From the sequence record SRR31156797_10354: a stretch of 20,000 nucleotides of DNA; one strand, written 5' to 3'. A model generated the notes under the pieces. The model was not told the DNA's origin and ran no database searches. It saw nothing but the letters and a program-made list of their open reading frames with translations. A program made the position numbers and the translations under genes. The stretch's first letter is position 1; the number at the start of each line of letters is the position of its first letter. Below, piece after piece: positions 7,626 through 16,759 of this stretch.

Positions 7626-8699
7626 TTATTTCCGATACATCTTCAATTCCAAGAACAAATCATTATAGATGCCAAGATACTCAGCACCTAAGTTTTCATA
7701 GACTTCGAGGTGTTCCATCAATTCATCGGATGGGTAGAATTGTTCGTCTTCGGTGATCTCGTCTGGCAGTAAGGCCATGGCTTCTTGGTTAGGTGTGGAA
7801 TAGCCGATGTATTCTGCGTTTTGTGCAGCGTTCTCGGGTTCTAGCATAAAGTTCAAGAAGGCGTAAGCACCGGCTTCGTTTTGTGAGGTCTTAGGAATGA
7901 CCATATTATCGAACCACAGGTTGGAACCTTCCGAAGGGATCACGTAATGAATGTGCTCGTTTTCGTACATCATGTCGGCTGCTTCCCCAGAAAATGTGAC
8001 CGCAACCGATGCTTCTTCATTGGCCATGTACATCTTGATTTCATCTGCGACGATGGCTTTGATATTTGGGGTCATGGTCCGCAGCTTATTGAATGCCTCT
8101 TGCAGTTGATCATCGTCTTTGCTGTTAAGAGAATAGCCTAAGCTGTCCAAACCTAATCCCATTACTTCACGCGCGCCATCGATCAGCATGATGCTGTTTG
8201 CTAATTCGGGTTTCCAAAGATCGTCCCATTGGGTGATCTCACCTTCATCAAAGAATTTATCGTTATAGACGATCCCCAGTGTTCCCCAGAAATAAGGGAT
8301 GGAATATTGATTGCCTGGATCAAAACTCAGGTCTAAAAAGCGAGGGTCGATATTGTCTAGCCCTTTGATTTTGCTGTGATTCAATGGTTTTAAAAGATTT
8401 TGTTCCATCATTTTCTCAATCATGTATTCACTCGGTATGGCGATGTCATAGGACGTACCGCCTTGTTGGATCTTCGTGAACATCGCTTCATTTGAGTCAA
8501 AGGTTTCATAATTGACTTTGTAGCCTGTCTCTTCTTCAAACTTACTGATCAAATCAGGGTCGATGTAGTCGCCCCAGTTGTAGATGTTGACGACCTCAGC
8601 GCCTGCCATACCAGAGGAGCGTTCCAATTGACGGACACCAAAGAGCAAGATCAGGACGATCGCAACAATACCGATAATCAGAGATTGTAGTCGTTTCAT
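7626..8699 (-). CDS. potD: Spermidine/putrescine ABC transporter substrate-binding protein
   Basis: IYNWGDYIDP, FDSNEAM, PYFWGTLGIVYN, EGSNLWFDNMVIP; operon context. Confidence 0.95.
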   Translation of the reverse strand: MKRLQSLIIGIVAIVLILLFGVRQLERSSGMAGAEVVNIYNWGDYIDPDLISKFEEETGYKVNYETFDSNEAMFTKIQQGGTSYDIAIPSEYMIEKMMEQNLLKPLNHSKIKGLDNIDPRFLDLSFDPGNQYSIPYFWGTLGIVYNDKFFDEGEITQWDDLWKPELANSIMLIDGAREVMGLGLDSLGYSLNSKDDDQLQEAFNKLRTMTPNIKAIVADEIKMYMANEEASVAVTFSGEAADMMYENEHIHYVIPSEGSNLWFDNMVIPKTSQNEAGAYAFLNFMLEPENAAQNAEYIGYSTPNQEAMALLPDEITEDEQFYPSDELMEHLEVYENLGAEYLGIYNDLFLELKMYRK

Positions 8700-9532
8700 C
8701 GCAGATTTGCCACCTCCACACGGCGGTTTTTACGCAACTTTTTCGCGCCGTTTTCTTTACTGATAAAGTAATAGCCTACCACCAGGATCATGGAGAATAA
8801 GAAGACAAGTGTGCTTAATGCATTGATTTCTAAACTGATTCCTTGACGTGCTCTAGAATAGATCTCTACCGATAAGGTACTAAAGCCATTGCCTGTCACA
8901 AAGAATGTCACGGCAAAATCATCGAGTGAATAAGTAAAGGCCATGAAATAGCCGGCGATGATGCCCGGCGTCAAGAAAGGCAAAATGATATTTTTAACGA
9001 CTTGAAAATTATTCGCGCCTAAATCACGGGCAGCATCGATCATTGAATCGTTCATCTCTTGCAGTTTCGGCAAGACCATCAAGACCACGATCGGGATACT
9101 AAAAGCGATATGCGAAAGCAACACGCTGAAAAAGCCTAAGCTAAACCCACGGAACAAGTTGCCGATCATCGTGAAGAAAATCAAGAAGCTAGCACCAATG
9201 ATGACATCTGGTGAAACCAACAAAATATTATTCAAACTCAACAATGCTGTTCTTGTTCGGCGTTTGCGGGTATAGTAGATGCCCATCGCACCAAATGTGC
9301 CGATGATCGTTGCCAGTAATGCTGATAAAAATGCCAGCATAAAGGTGTTCAACACGATGATCATCAAGCGGGTATCTTGAAAGACGGATTGGTAATGTTC
9401 AAAAGTGAAACCCGTAAAAGCATTCATGGTGCCTCCTTCATTGAAGGAATAGAAAATCAAATAAAAGATCGGCACGTACAAAAGAATAAAGACGACGATC
9501 AGATAAAGATTCGACCAGCGAAATTTTTTCAT
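8696..9532 (-). CDS. potC: Spermidine/putrescine ABC transporter permease
   Basis: EAA-like loop DAARDLGAN and AFTYSLDDF; 4-nt overlap with potD. Confidence 0.95.
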   Translation of the reverse strand: MKKFRWSNLYLIVVFILLYVPIFYLIFYSFNEGGTMNAFTGFTFEHYQSVFQDTRLMIIVLNTFMLAFLSALLATIIGTFGAMGIYYTRKRRTRTALLSLNNILLVSPDVIIGASFLIFFTMIGNLFRGFSLGFFSVLLSHIAFSIPIVVLMVLPKLQEMNDSMIDAARDLGANNFQVVKNIILPFLTPGIIAGYFMAFTYSLDDFAVTFFVTGNGFSTLSVEIYSRARQGISLEINALSTLVFLFSMILVVGYYFISKENGAKKLRKNRRVEVANLR

Positions 9533-10338
9533 TTACGTTGCCCTCCTTTTTTCTTTTCTCCCGTAAACAGCATCACGAGGAACATAGCGATGATCAAAAT
9601 GACGCCGATGGTCGAACCCATGCCCCAGTTTTGGGTAACGAGAAAGTGCTGCTCGATCGCCGTACCAAGCGTGATTACGCGATTGCCCCCAATCAAACGG
9701 GTCAACATGAAGAGGGAGAGCGACGGAATGAAGACGGCTTGGACGCCGCTTTTTACACCGTTTAACGACAGAGGGAAAATCACTCGTCGAAACGTATCAT
9801 AGCTGTTTGCCCCTAAATCGCGACTGGCACTGATCAAAGAGGGATTCATTTCTTCTAAGGCATTAAAAATCGGCATGATCATAAAGGGCAGTTCGATATA
9901 GACGGCAACCGTCAAAAAGCTAAAGTCGGTAAACAAAATCTGCTTTGGTCCAACACCCATGATTTCTAGAAAATTGTTGACACTACCGTGAATGCCGAAG
10001 ATGCCAATAAACGCGTAGGCTTTTAACAATAAGTTGACCCACGTTGGTAAGATAATCAACAGCAGCCACAAATCTTTGTGACGCAGCTTAGTTAAGAAAT
10101 AGGCTGTCGGGTAGCTGATCACTAAGGTAATCAAGGTGATCAAAAAGGCATACCAAACCGAGTTTAAGGTCATGATCAAATATTTGCCAGAACCTAAGTA
10201 GCTTTGATAATTGACCAGCGAAAAGTTGCCGTTCATATCAAAAAAGGATTGGTAGATGATCAATAAGACTGGTGCAATAACAAATAGCAATAACCAAAAG
10301 ACATAGGGTATCGCATAAAAACGACGCATTTTCGTCAT
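9529..10338 (-). CDS. potB: Spermidine/putrescine ABC transporter permease
   Basis: PTWVNLLLKAYA, LPFMIMPI, ASRDLGA; 4-nt overlap with potC. Confidence 0.95.
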   Translation of the reverse strand: MTKMRRFYAIPYVFWLLLFVIAPVLLIIYQSFFDMNGNFSLVNYQSYLGSGKYLIMTLNSVWYAFLITLITLVISYPTAYFLTKLRHKDLWLLLIILPTWVNLLLKAYAFIGIFGIHGSVNNFLEIMGVGPKQILFTDFSFLTVAVYIELPFMIMPIFNALEEMNPSLISASRDLGANSYDTFRRVIFPLSLNGVKSGVQAVFIPSLSLFMLTRLIGGNRVITLGTAIEQHFLVTQNWGMGSTIGVILIIAMFLVMLFTGEKKKGGQRK

Positions 10339-10350
10339 TAGCTTTCCCTC

Positions 10351-11439
10351 CTAATCTTCGTAGCTCTCTAAACGAGCATCAAAATCTTCTTCGGACTCAT
10401 TGAAACGCATGACGTGGATGTCTTCTGGTTCAAAGGAAAGCCCGATCTTGCTTCCTTCAGTGGCTTTTCTTGTAGAGTGAACCATCCACTCGTTGCCTTG
10501 TTCGTCGTAACAAATGATTTCGTAATGCACGCCTCGGAACAATTGAGTATCCACTTCAACGACTAACTTGCCTTTCTCAACGGTCGTCAAATTCAAATCT
10601 TCCGGACGGATCACGATCTCAACGGCTTCATTCGGACGCATCCCGCCATCGACACATTCAAACTGCTTGCCGACAAACTCCACTAAGTTGTCTTCGATCA
10701 TCGTACCTGTAACGATGTTGCTTTCACCAACAAAATCCGCTACAAAATGGTTGATTGGTTCATCGTAGATATCCACTGGCGTGCCACTTTGGACGATCTT
10801 CCCTTTGTTCATAACGAAAATCTCATCACTCATCGCCAACGCTTCTTCTTGGTCATGGGTGACAAAAATAAAGGTGATGCCTAGTCGCTGCTGCAATTCC
10901 CGCAGCTCGTATTGCATGTCAGTTCGCAATTTCAAGTCCAATGCGGACAATGGTTCATCAAGAAGCAATACTTTGGGTTCATTGACGATCGCTCGTGCGA
11001 TTGCGACCCGTTGGCGTTGACCTCCTGACATTTCGCTGATTTCACGATTCTCATAACCAGGAAGTTGTACTAACCGTAACGCTTCTAAGACTTTTTTATT
11101 CACTTCATCTTTTGGTAATTTTTTGATTCGCAGACCAAATGCCACATTTTCAAAAACGTTCATATGTGGGAATAAGGCATAATCTTGAAAGACAGTATTC
11201 ACTTGCCGTTGATTGGCAGGAACGTCATTAATTCTTTGTCCATCAAAATAAACGTCGCCTTCTGTTGCGTCCGAAAAACCCGCAATGATGCGTAAAATAG
11301 TTGTTTTTCCACAACCTGAAGGACCTAACAATGTATAAAAGCGACCTTCTTCAATATCAAAACTCACTTTTTTCAAAACTGTTTCATCATCATCAAATCG
11401 TTTCACCACATTGTTGAATGAAATTATTGTTTTTCCCAC
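10351..11439 (-). CDS. potA: Spermidine/putrescine ABC transporter ATP-binding protein
   Basis: Walker A GPSGCGKT, signature [15 protein letters not shown]-terminal TOBE-like region; GTG start after AGGAGG. Confidence 0.96.
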   Translation of the reverse strand: MGKTIISFNNVVKRFDDDETVLKKVSFDIEEGRFYTLLGPSGCGKTTILRIIAGFSDATEGDVYFDGQRINDVPANQRQVNTVFQDYALFPHMNVFENVAFGLRIKKLPKDEVNKKVLEALRLVQLPGYENREISEMSGGQRQRVAIARAIVNEPKVLLLDEPLSALDLKLRTDMQYELRELQQRLGITFIFVTHDQEEALAMSDEIFVMNKGKIVQSGTPVDIYDEPINHFVADFVGESNIVTGTMIEDNLVEFVGKQFECVDGGMRPNEAVEIVIRPEDLNLTTVEKGKLVVEVDTQLFRGVHYEIICYDEQGNEWMVHSTRKATEGSKIGLSFEPEDIHVMRFNESEEDFDARLESYED

Positions 11440-11455
11440 ACTCTTTCCTCCTGTA

Positions 11456-11998
11456 CTATAAATAAGAATCCGTTACGACTACGAGCACACGGCTTTTTTT
11501 GCCGGCGATATTTTTTAATTGATGCGGCTCAGTCGCCTGATAATAGATCGATTGGCCTTTACGAGCCTTGTACTGCGTTTCTCCTAACGACAACGCCACA
11601 CTGCCCTCTAAGACATAGATAAATGTTTCTGCTAACGATGGTTCAAAGGTCTTGTATTCGCCGGCTTTATCAAAAGTCAGCAAGACTGGCTCCATTTCTT
11701 TTTCATTGGAATCGGGAATCAGCCATTTCAATTCATAGCCATTTTCTTCATCATAATAAAGCGTGCTGTCTTCTTCGCGATAAACCACTTGATGCTGCGC
11801 ATTTTCTTCTCGGAAAAATTCCTCTGGTGTCACGCCTAAAACTTCTAAGATCGTAAAAAAAGTTTCCATAGAAGGCGAACTCAAATCACGTTCCAACTGT
11901 GAGATATAGCCTTTCGTCAAATCGGTCCGCTCGCCTAATTCTTCTTGGGTCAAATTCTTTTGAACGCGCAAATTGCGCAGCTTCTCGCCAATCTCCAT
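11456..11998 (-). CDS. potR: XRE-HTH plus cupin transcriptional regulator (PotR/PuuR-like), 180 aa
   Basis: [11 protein letters not shown]...[28 protein letters not shown] plus cupin C-terminus; first gene of the pot operon; ATG 11998 follows SD AAGGGGG. Confidence 0.88.
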   Translation of the reverse strand: MEIGEKLRNLRVQKNLTQEELGERTDLTKGYISQLERDLSSPSMETFFTILEVLGVTPEEFFREENAQHQVVYREEDSTLYYDEENGYELKWLIPDSNEKEMEPVLLTFDKAGEYKTFEPSLAETFIYVLEGSVALSLGETQYKARKGQSIYYQATEPHQLKNIAGKKSRVLVVVTDSYL

Positions 11999-12078
11999 GT
12001 TCATTCCCCCTTTTATTGACACAACTGCAAGTAAAAAAGTTTGCTATAAGTAAACTTCATGTTTAATTTCACTTTTTC

Positions 12079-12106
12079 TAGTATACAAATTATTGCAGAA
12101 AACACA
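12079..12106 (-). promoter_or_regulatory. Probable sigma-A promoter of potRABCD
   Basis: Minus strand TTGTGT-(16 bp)-TATACT. Confidence 0.55.
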
Positions 12107-12384
12107 AGCCTTTTTTCTGCATTTCTTTGAATTCTTTTCTTGCTGCTCAAAAAAAGGAGTGACGCTAAACGCTTGTGCTATAAAGGAAAGGATTGGCGGT
12201 CCCGTCATTTTCGCTTTTCACAGGTTTAAAAGAACAACTTCTATTTTAACGAAGAAAAGGTAGATTTAATAATGATCTGTTTTTACTGATTTTTTGATAA
12301 GAAGCCCTGCCTTTTCTTGCTTCACTGGTTAAAAAAATAAAACTTATGGTATTATGAGTACAAACCATCAAAGGAGTGTCTGAA

Positions 12385-13374
12385 ATGACGAATTTCTCTA
12401 CCTTTCGTGTCATGAATGAACCAAATTTTACTGCTTCACTCACAACTGCAACCCTTGACGAGCTGCCAGCAGGCGATGTGCTTGTCCGGGTTGATTACTC
12501 AGATGTCAATTACAAAGATGCCTTGGCAGCAAAAGAAAATGGCGGCGTGATCCGCACGTATCCGATGACGCCGGGAATCGATTTAGCAGGGGAAGTCGTG
12601 GACAGTCAGTCTGCTGATTTTGCCCCAGGCGATCAAGTTTTAGTGACTGGCTATGGCTTAGGGGTTTCTCACCCAGGCGGTTACAGTCAATTTCAACAGG
12701 TCCCGGCCGAGTGGCTCGTGAAACGTTCTGCTGGTTTTTCAGCGAAAGACAGTATGACCTATGGCACGGCTGGGTTCACAGCAGCTTTAGCGGTGCAAGA
12801 ATTAGAGCAGCTGCACTTAGCAAAAGACGCTGCGATTTTGGTGACAGGTGCGAGCGGTGGCGTCGGCAGTGTCAGCATTGCCTTATTGAAAAAACTGGGC
12901 TATACAAATATAGTGGCGCTATCTCGTAAAACCGATGCGCAATGGTTGTTAGACCTAGGCGCAGCAAAAATCATCCGTCCGGATGAAGTGGTACCCGAAA
13001 AGGTCAAACCATTAGCAAAACAATCGTTTGCAGCGGTCATCGATACGGTTGGTGGTCCATTGCTTGCGGCAGTGCTTCCGCAAATCGCTTATGGGGGCGG
13101 TGCCTTCTTATGCGGCAATGCTGGTGGGATCAAAATCGAAACGACTGTCTTACCCTTTATTTTGCGTGGGATTCGCGTAATTGGGATCGATTCAGTCAAT
13201 GTTTCCCATGAGATCCGCACGGCATTATGGGAGAAATTAGCGGGTGAGTGGAATGTGATCGATCAGCTTTACACGAAAGCCATCACTTTGGAAGACTTAC
13301 CAGAAACGTTGGCAGCTTTATTAGCTGGCACGCACCAAGGACGGACGATCGTTGAGGTGTCACAAGGGCAATGA
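12385..13374 (+). CDS. YhdH/YhfP (AcuI, acryloyl-CoA reductase-like) MDR oxidoreductase, 329 aa
   Basis: YSDVNYKDALA, PGIDLAG, GTAGFTAAL, VTGASGGVGS, LPFILRG, GIDSV, GRTIV; ATG 12385 follows SD AAGGAG. Confidence 0.92.
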   Translation: MTNFSTFRVMNEPNFTASLTTATLDELPAGDVLVRVDYSDVNYKDALAAKENGGVIRTYPMTPGIDLAGEVVDSQSADFAPGDQVLVTGYGLGVSHPGGYSQFQQVPAEWLVKRSAGFSAKDSMTYGTAGFTAALAVQELEQLHLAKDAAILVTGASGGVGSVSIALLKKLGYTNIVALSRKTDAQWLLDLGAAKIIRPDEVVPEKVKPLAKQSFAAVIDTVGGPLLAAVLPQIAYGGGAFLCGNAGGIKIETTVLPFILRGIRVIGIDSVNVSHEIRTALWEKLAGEWNVIDQLYTKAITLEDLPETLAALLAGTHQGRTIVEVSQGQ

Positions 13375-14120
13375 GAATTTTGATTACGGCTGGCGGTACT
13401 TCCGAAAAAATCGATGATGTCCGTGCAATCACGAATCATTCCACGGGTTCACTTGGTCAAGCGATTGCCAATGAATGGCTGCGGTACACTGAGGTGACCA
13501 TCGATTACGTTACGACGAAAACTGCCAAGCAACCGCCTACCGATCCACGAGTTACCTGTCATTTCATTGAAGGGACCACGGACTTGTTGGGGCAATTGAC
13601 CGATTTATTGACGACCCATTCGTATGCTGCCGTGATCCACAGTATGGCAGTTAGTGATTTTACCCCTGCTGCTCATTTTTCAGAAGCAGCCTTTTATGAA
13701 GCAATCAACGATGCCCTACCGACTTATGACAACCAGGTCACTCCGGCATTGATGGCACACGTGCTCGAACAATCTGAAGCAACGGCAGGCAAAGTTTCTT
13801 CCAATACGGATCATTTGTTTTTAGTGTTGAAGAAAACCCCGAAAGTGATCCAAACCATCAAAGCATTACAGCCGACAACCTTATTAGTCGGATTCAAATT
13901 ATTAGTAGCCGTCGCGGAAGACGAGTTGTTCGCGGTCGCACGAAAAAGTTTGCTGGCTAGCCAAGCGGATTATGTGTTGGCCAACGACTTGACGCAAATT
14001 TCAGGAAACCAGCATGTTGGCCACCTTTTGACACAAGAAGGACAAATCGGGACTGGTCGCACAAAAGCTGAGATCGCAACCTTGATCGTTGACACATTAC
14101 GCAATGACCTGCGTGCTTAG
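13371..14120 (+). CDS. coaB: Phosphopantothenate--cysteine ligase (stand-alone)
   Basis: ILITAGGTSEKIDDVRAITNHSTG, HSMAVSDF, LVGFKL, ANDL; ATGA overlap with the upstream gene. Confidence 0.93.
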   Translation: MRILITAGGTSEKIDDVRAITNHSTGSLGQAIANEWLRYTEVTIDYVTTKTAKQPPTDPRVTCHFIEGTTDLLGQLTDLLTTHSYAAVIHSMAVSDFTPAAHFSEAAFYEAINDALPTYDNQVTPALMAHVLEQSEATAGKVSSNTDHLFLVLKKTPKVIQTIKALQPTTLLVGFKLLVAVAEDELFAVARKSLLASQADYVLANDLTQISGNQHVGHLLTQEGQIGTGRTKAEIATLIVDTLRNDLRA

Positions 14121-14152
14121 CTAGATGTTTTTTTAGAAAAGGAGAAAGAATC

Positions 14153-14710
14153 ATGAAACAAAAACACGTTCTGCTTGGCGTCAGCGGCAGTATCTCTGCA
14201 TACAAAGCAGCCGACCTGACCAATGAATTAACCAAAAAGGGCTATGCAGTGGATGTCTTAATGACTCAAAATAGCACACAATTTATTACGCCTTTGACGT
14301 TACAGTCATTATCCAAACGCCCGATCCATGTGGATGTTATGCAAGAGCGCCAACCAGATCGGATCAATCATATTGAACTAGCCAAACAAGCCGATCTTTT
14401 CTTGCTCGCCCCAGCCAGTGCTAACAGTATTGGCAAGCTGGCGCATGGGTTAGCCGATGATTTGATCTCAACAGTTGCCTTAGCGTTGCCGTTATCCGTG
14501 CCCCGCTTGATTGCACCAGCCATGAATACCGTCATGTACGAAAACCCGATTGTTCAAAGAAATTTAGGGATTTTGAAAGAAGTCGGCTTCCAAGAGATTG
14601 AACCCCGTGAAGCGTTACTGGCTTGCGGTGATTTCGGCAGAGGCGCATTAGCAGCAACAGAAACGATTCTCGAAAAAGCATTGACTGCTTTGGAAGTACG
14701 GAGTGTCTAA
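14153..14710 (+). CDS. coaC: Phosphopantothenoylcysteine decarboxylase (stand-alone)
   Basis: LGVSGSISAYKA, HIELAK, APASAN, APAMNTVMY, LLACGDFGRGAL. Confidence 0.95.
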   Translation: MKQKHVLLGVSGSISAYKAADLTNELTKKGYAVDVLMTQNSTQFITPLTLQSLSKRPIHVDVMQERQPDRINHIELAKQADLFLLAPASANSIGKLAHGLADDLISTVALALPLSVPRLIAPAMNTVMYENPIVQRNLGILKEVGFQEIEPREALLACGDFGRGALAATETILEKALTALEVRSV

Positions 14711-14712
14711 TA

Positions 14713-15357
14713 ATGAAAAAAATATCAACTTTTGAACTTGTCTTAACAGCTTTCTTTTTAGGAATCTTGATTCTTTTAGCATCGGTACCCTTTCTTGGGT
14801 TTATTCCCTTAGGACCAATCAATGCGACAACGATGCACATTCCTGTGATCATCGCTTCCATTGTATTGGGCCCTCGGATCGGCGGCTTTTTAGGCGGCGC
14901 CTTTGGGATCATCAGTATGGTGCGTTCGACATGGATCATCACCCCGCTTTCTTTTGTCTTCTCTCCTTTCGTACCGATTTATGGGAGTGATCAAGGAAGT
15001 TGGAAAGCAATCCTCGTAGCGCTGATTCCCCGTATTTTGATTGGTGTCGTTCCTTATTTTGTTTATAAAGGCTGTCAAAAAATCTGGAAAAACAAACAGC
15101 AAAGTCTTTCGCTACTGATTGCTGGTGTTGCCGGAGGTTTGACGAATACGATCCTGGTAATGAACTTAATCTACTTCTTGTTCCAGCAAGAATATGCGGA
15201 GGTTGTGGGAAAAGCCGGCAATGCTGTTTACGCAGCGATTTTGGGTGTGATCTTCGCCCAAGGCGTGCCTGAAGCCATTGTAGCGGGAATCGCCACGATG
15301 GCAGTTGGAACCGTTCTTTTGCGCTTAGTCATGAACCGCAAAAAAAATCGAATCTAA
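14713..15357 (+). CDS. panT: ECF transporter S component, pantothenate type
   Basis: GFIPLGPINATTMHIPVII, PRILIG, LTNTILV, PEAI; follows coaBC. Confidence 0.88.
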   Translation: MKKISTFELVLTAFFLGILILLASVPFLGFIPLGPINATTMHIPVIIASIVLGPRIGGFLGGAFGIISMVRSTWIITPLSFVFSPFVPIYGSDQGSWKAILVALIPRILIGVVPYFVYKGCQKIWKNKQQSLSLLIAGVAGGLTNTILVMNLIYFLFQQEYAEVVGKAGNAVYAAILGVIFAQGVPEAIVAGIATMAVGTVLLRLVMNRKKNRI

Positions 15358-15415
15358 AAAATAGCGACCGCCTAAAGTTAGCTTTTTGGCTAACTTAGGC
15401 GGTCGCTTCCCTTTT
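15356..15415. terminator. Bidirectional terminator between panT and the lipoprotein gene
   Basis: About 19-bp stem AGCGACCGCCTAA(A)GTTAGC / GCTAACTTAGGCGGTCGCT between convergent genes. Confidence 0.88.
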
Positions 15416-15422
15416 GAGTGAC

Positions 15423-16643
15423 TCATAAACTTTGTGTCATCTGGAGTGCTTCGACAAGCTCTTGATACTGCTCTTGGGTCAAATACTCTTCATAAAATGT
15501 CAGATAATCATCGATATCTGCTTGGGTCAAATAAGGCAGCTCTTGCTTGATTTGCAGTAGCAGTTCCTCGAACTCCTCATCCGTCAGCATATAAGAAGAC
15601 CAATCATCGGCTTCATCATAGCTATCCCAGTACTCATCATCATAATCATTCTCATACCCATCGTCATAGCTGTCATCCCAGCCATAATCATAGGGAGAAA
15701 ACAATTCTTCTGGGTCAATCAATTCTTCCGCTGTGGGGATCGCAACGGCAGTATCACTTTTCTTTCCTGTAAAAGTCACCGTAGCTCCGATAGTCGTTTG
15801 CAGCTCATCCGCTTGCACGAAGTGAAAAGCCATTTTCTGCTGATTTGTTTTCGTATTGACGGTCATAGCTAAGTCAAACTGCTCGACTTCTTCCAGCATC
15901 GTTTCTAATTCGGCGACTTGCTTTTGATCGGCACCGTGTTCTTGGGCATAGGTTGCATAATCTGCCAATTCTTCTTTGGTAAACGTATGGCTGATCGTAT
16001 CTCCATCTCTTTTGAAAGCATCCGGTTCGAAGGTTTTCAAATAGTCTGCAAACGTCTCATTATGAAAAAGACTGTTCATGGTAAAGAGGTTTTCAGGCGC
16101 TTTTTCTGCTTCGGTTGTCTCCTCGTCGTCCTCTGCAAAAGTTCCTTCGCCAAAGTAAGAATCTAAGGTTTCTTGATCGATGCGCAGGTACTTGCCCTCA
16201 TATTCCCCAGCGTCTGGTGTTGTTCCATAACTGTCATCACCAAATGCGCTGATATACCCTTGCAGTGTTTCATAGATTTCAGCTGACACATACGCTTCTT
16301 GTTTTTCAGGATCGACGATCAGCTTGATCGGCAGCTCCTGCCCCCCATAAGCGACTGCCAGATTGAGTAAAATCGCTTTGGTTTCCTTGTCTTGGACGAA
16401 GTCCCCTTTAAATGACGAGCCGACTAACTGTGACATCAACATAGAGGCATACCTATCGGCTTCTTGACCGTATTCGCTGCTGTTGCCTATCTCAAAGGTA
16501 TCGATCGTCGCTTGGAATTCACCAGCATTCGTTGCTTGCTGATTCGTCAACTGTTCGGCAAACTGTTCTTGCGGTAATTTCGTACAGCCACCGAAAAGAA
16601 AGGCGAACCCAACAAACAAAATGATGCGTCCCCACTTTTTCAT
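15423..16643 (-). CDS. Highly acidic lipoprotein of unknown function, 406 aa
   Basis: Signal peptide MKKWGRIILFVGFAFLFGG-C with lipobox; ATG 16643 follows SD AAGGAGTGA; D/E/Y-rich C-terminus. Confidence 0.8.
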   Translation of the reverse strand: MKKWGRIILFVGFAFLFGGCTKLPQEQFAEQLTNQQATNAGEFQATIDTFEIGNSSEYGQEADRYASMLMSQLVGSSFKGDFVQDKETKAILLNLAVAYGGQELPIKLIVDPEKQEAYVSAEIYETLQGYISAFGDDSYGTTPDAGEYEGKYLRIDQETLDSYFGEGTFAEDDEETTEAEKAPENLFTMNSLFHNETFADYLKTFEPDAFKRDGDTISHTFTKEELADYATYAQEHGADQKQVAELETMLEEVEQFDLAMTVNTKTNQQKMAFHFVQADELQTTIGATVTFTGKKSDTAVAIPTAEELIDPEELFSPYDYGWDDSYDDGYENDYDDEYWDSYDEADDWSSYMLTDEEFEELLLQIKQELPYLTQADIDDYLTFYEEYLTQEQYQELVEALQMTQSL

Positions 16644-16664
16644 CCTGCTCACTCCTTTTCGTTT

Positions 16665-16693
16665 ATTGTACCGAAGACTGCGAAAGCTTACAA
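16665..16693 (-). promoter_or_regulatory. Sigma-A promoter of the lipoprotein gene
   Basis: Minus strand TTGTAA-(17 bp)-TACAAT just upstream of the SD. Confidence 0.7.
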
Positions 16694-16721
16694 TCCTAAG
16701 CTCTTTTTATTAGCTCTCATG

Positions 16722-16752
16722 AAAAAAAGATTGCCCCGGGGGACAATCTTTT
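16722..16752 (-). terminator. Intrinsic terminator of murB
   Basis: Minus strand AAGAUUGUCC-loop-GGGCAAUCUU followed by a U run. Confidence 0.85.
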
Positions 16753-16759
16753 CGCTAAT

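Noticed and set aside
12193-12249. Possible 18-aa TTG-start peptide after AAGGAAAGGA
   Set aside because: Weak start and awkward SD spacing; not hydrophobic enough for a type I toxin
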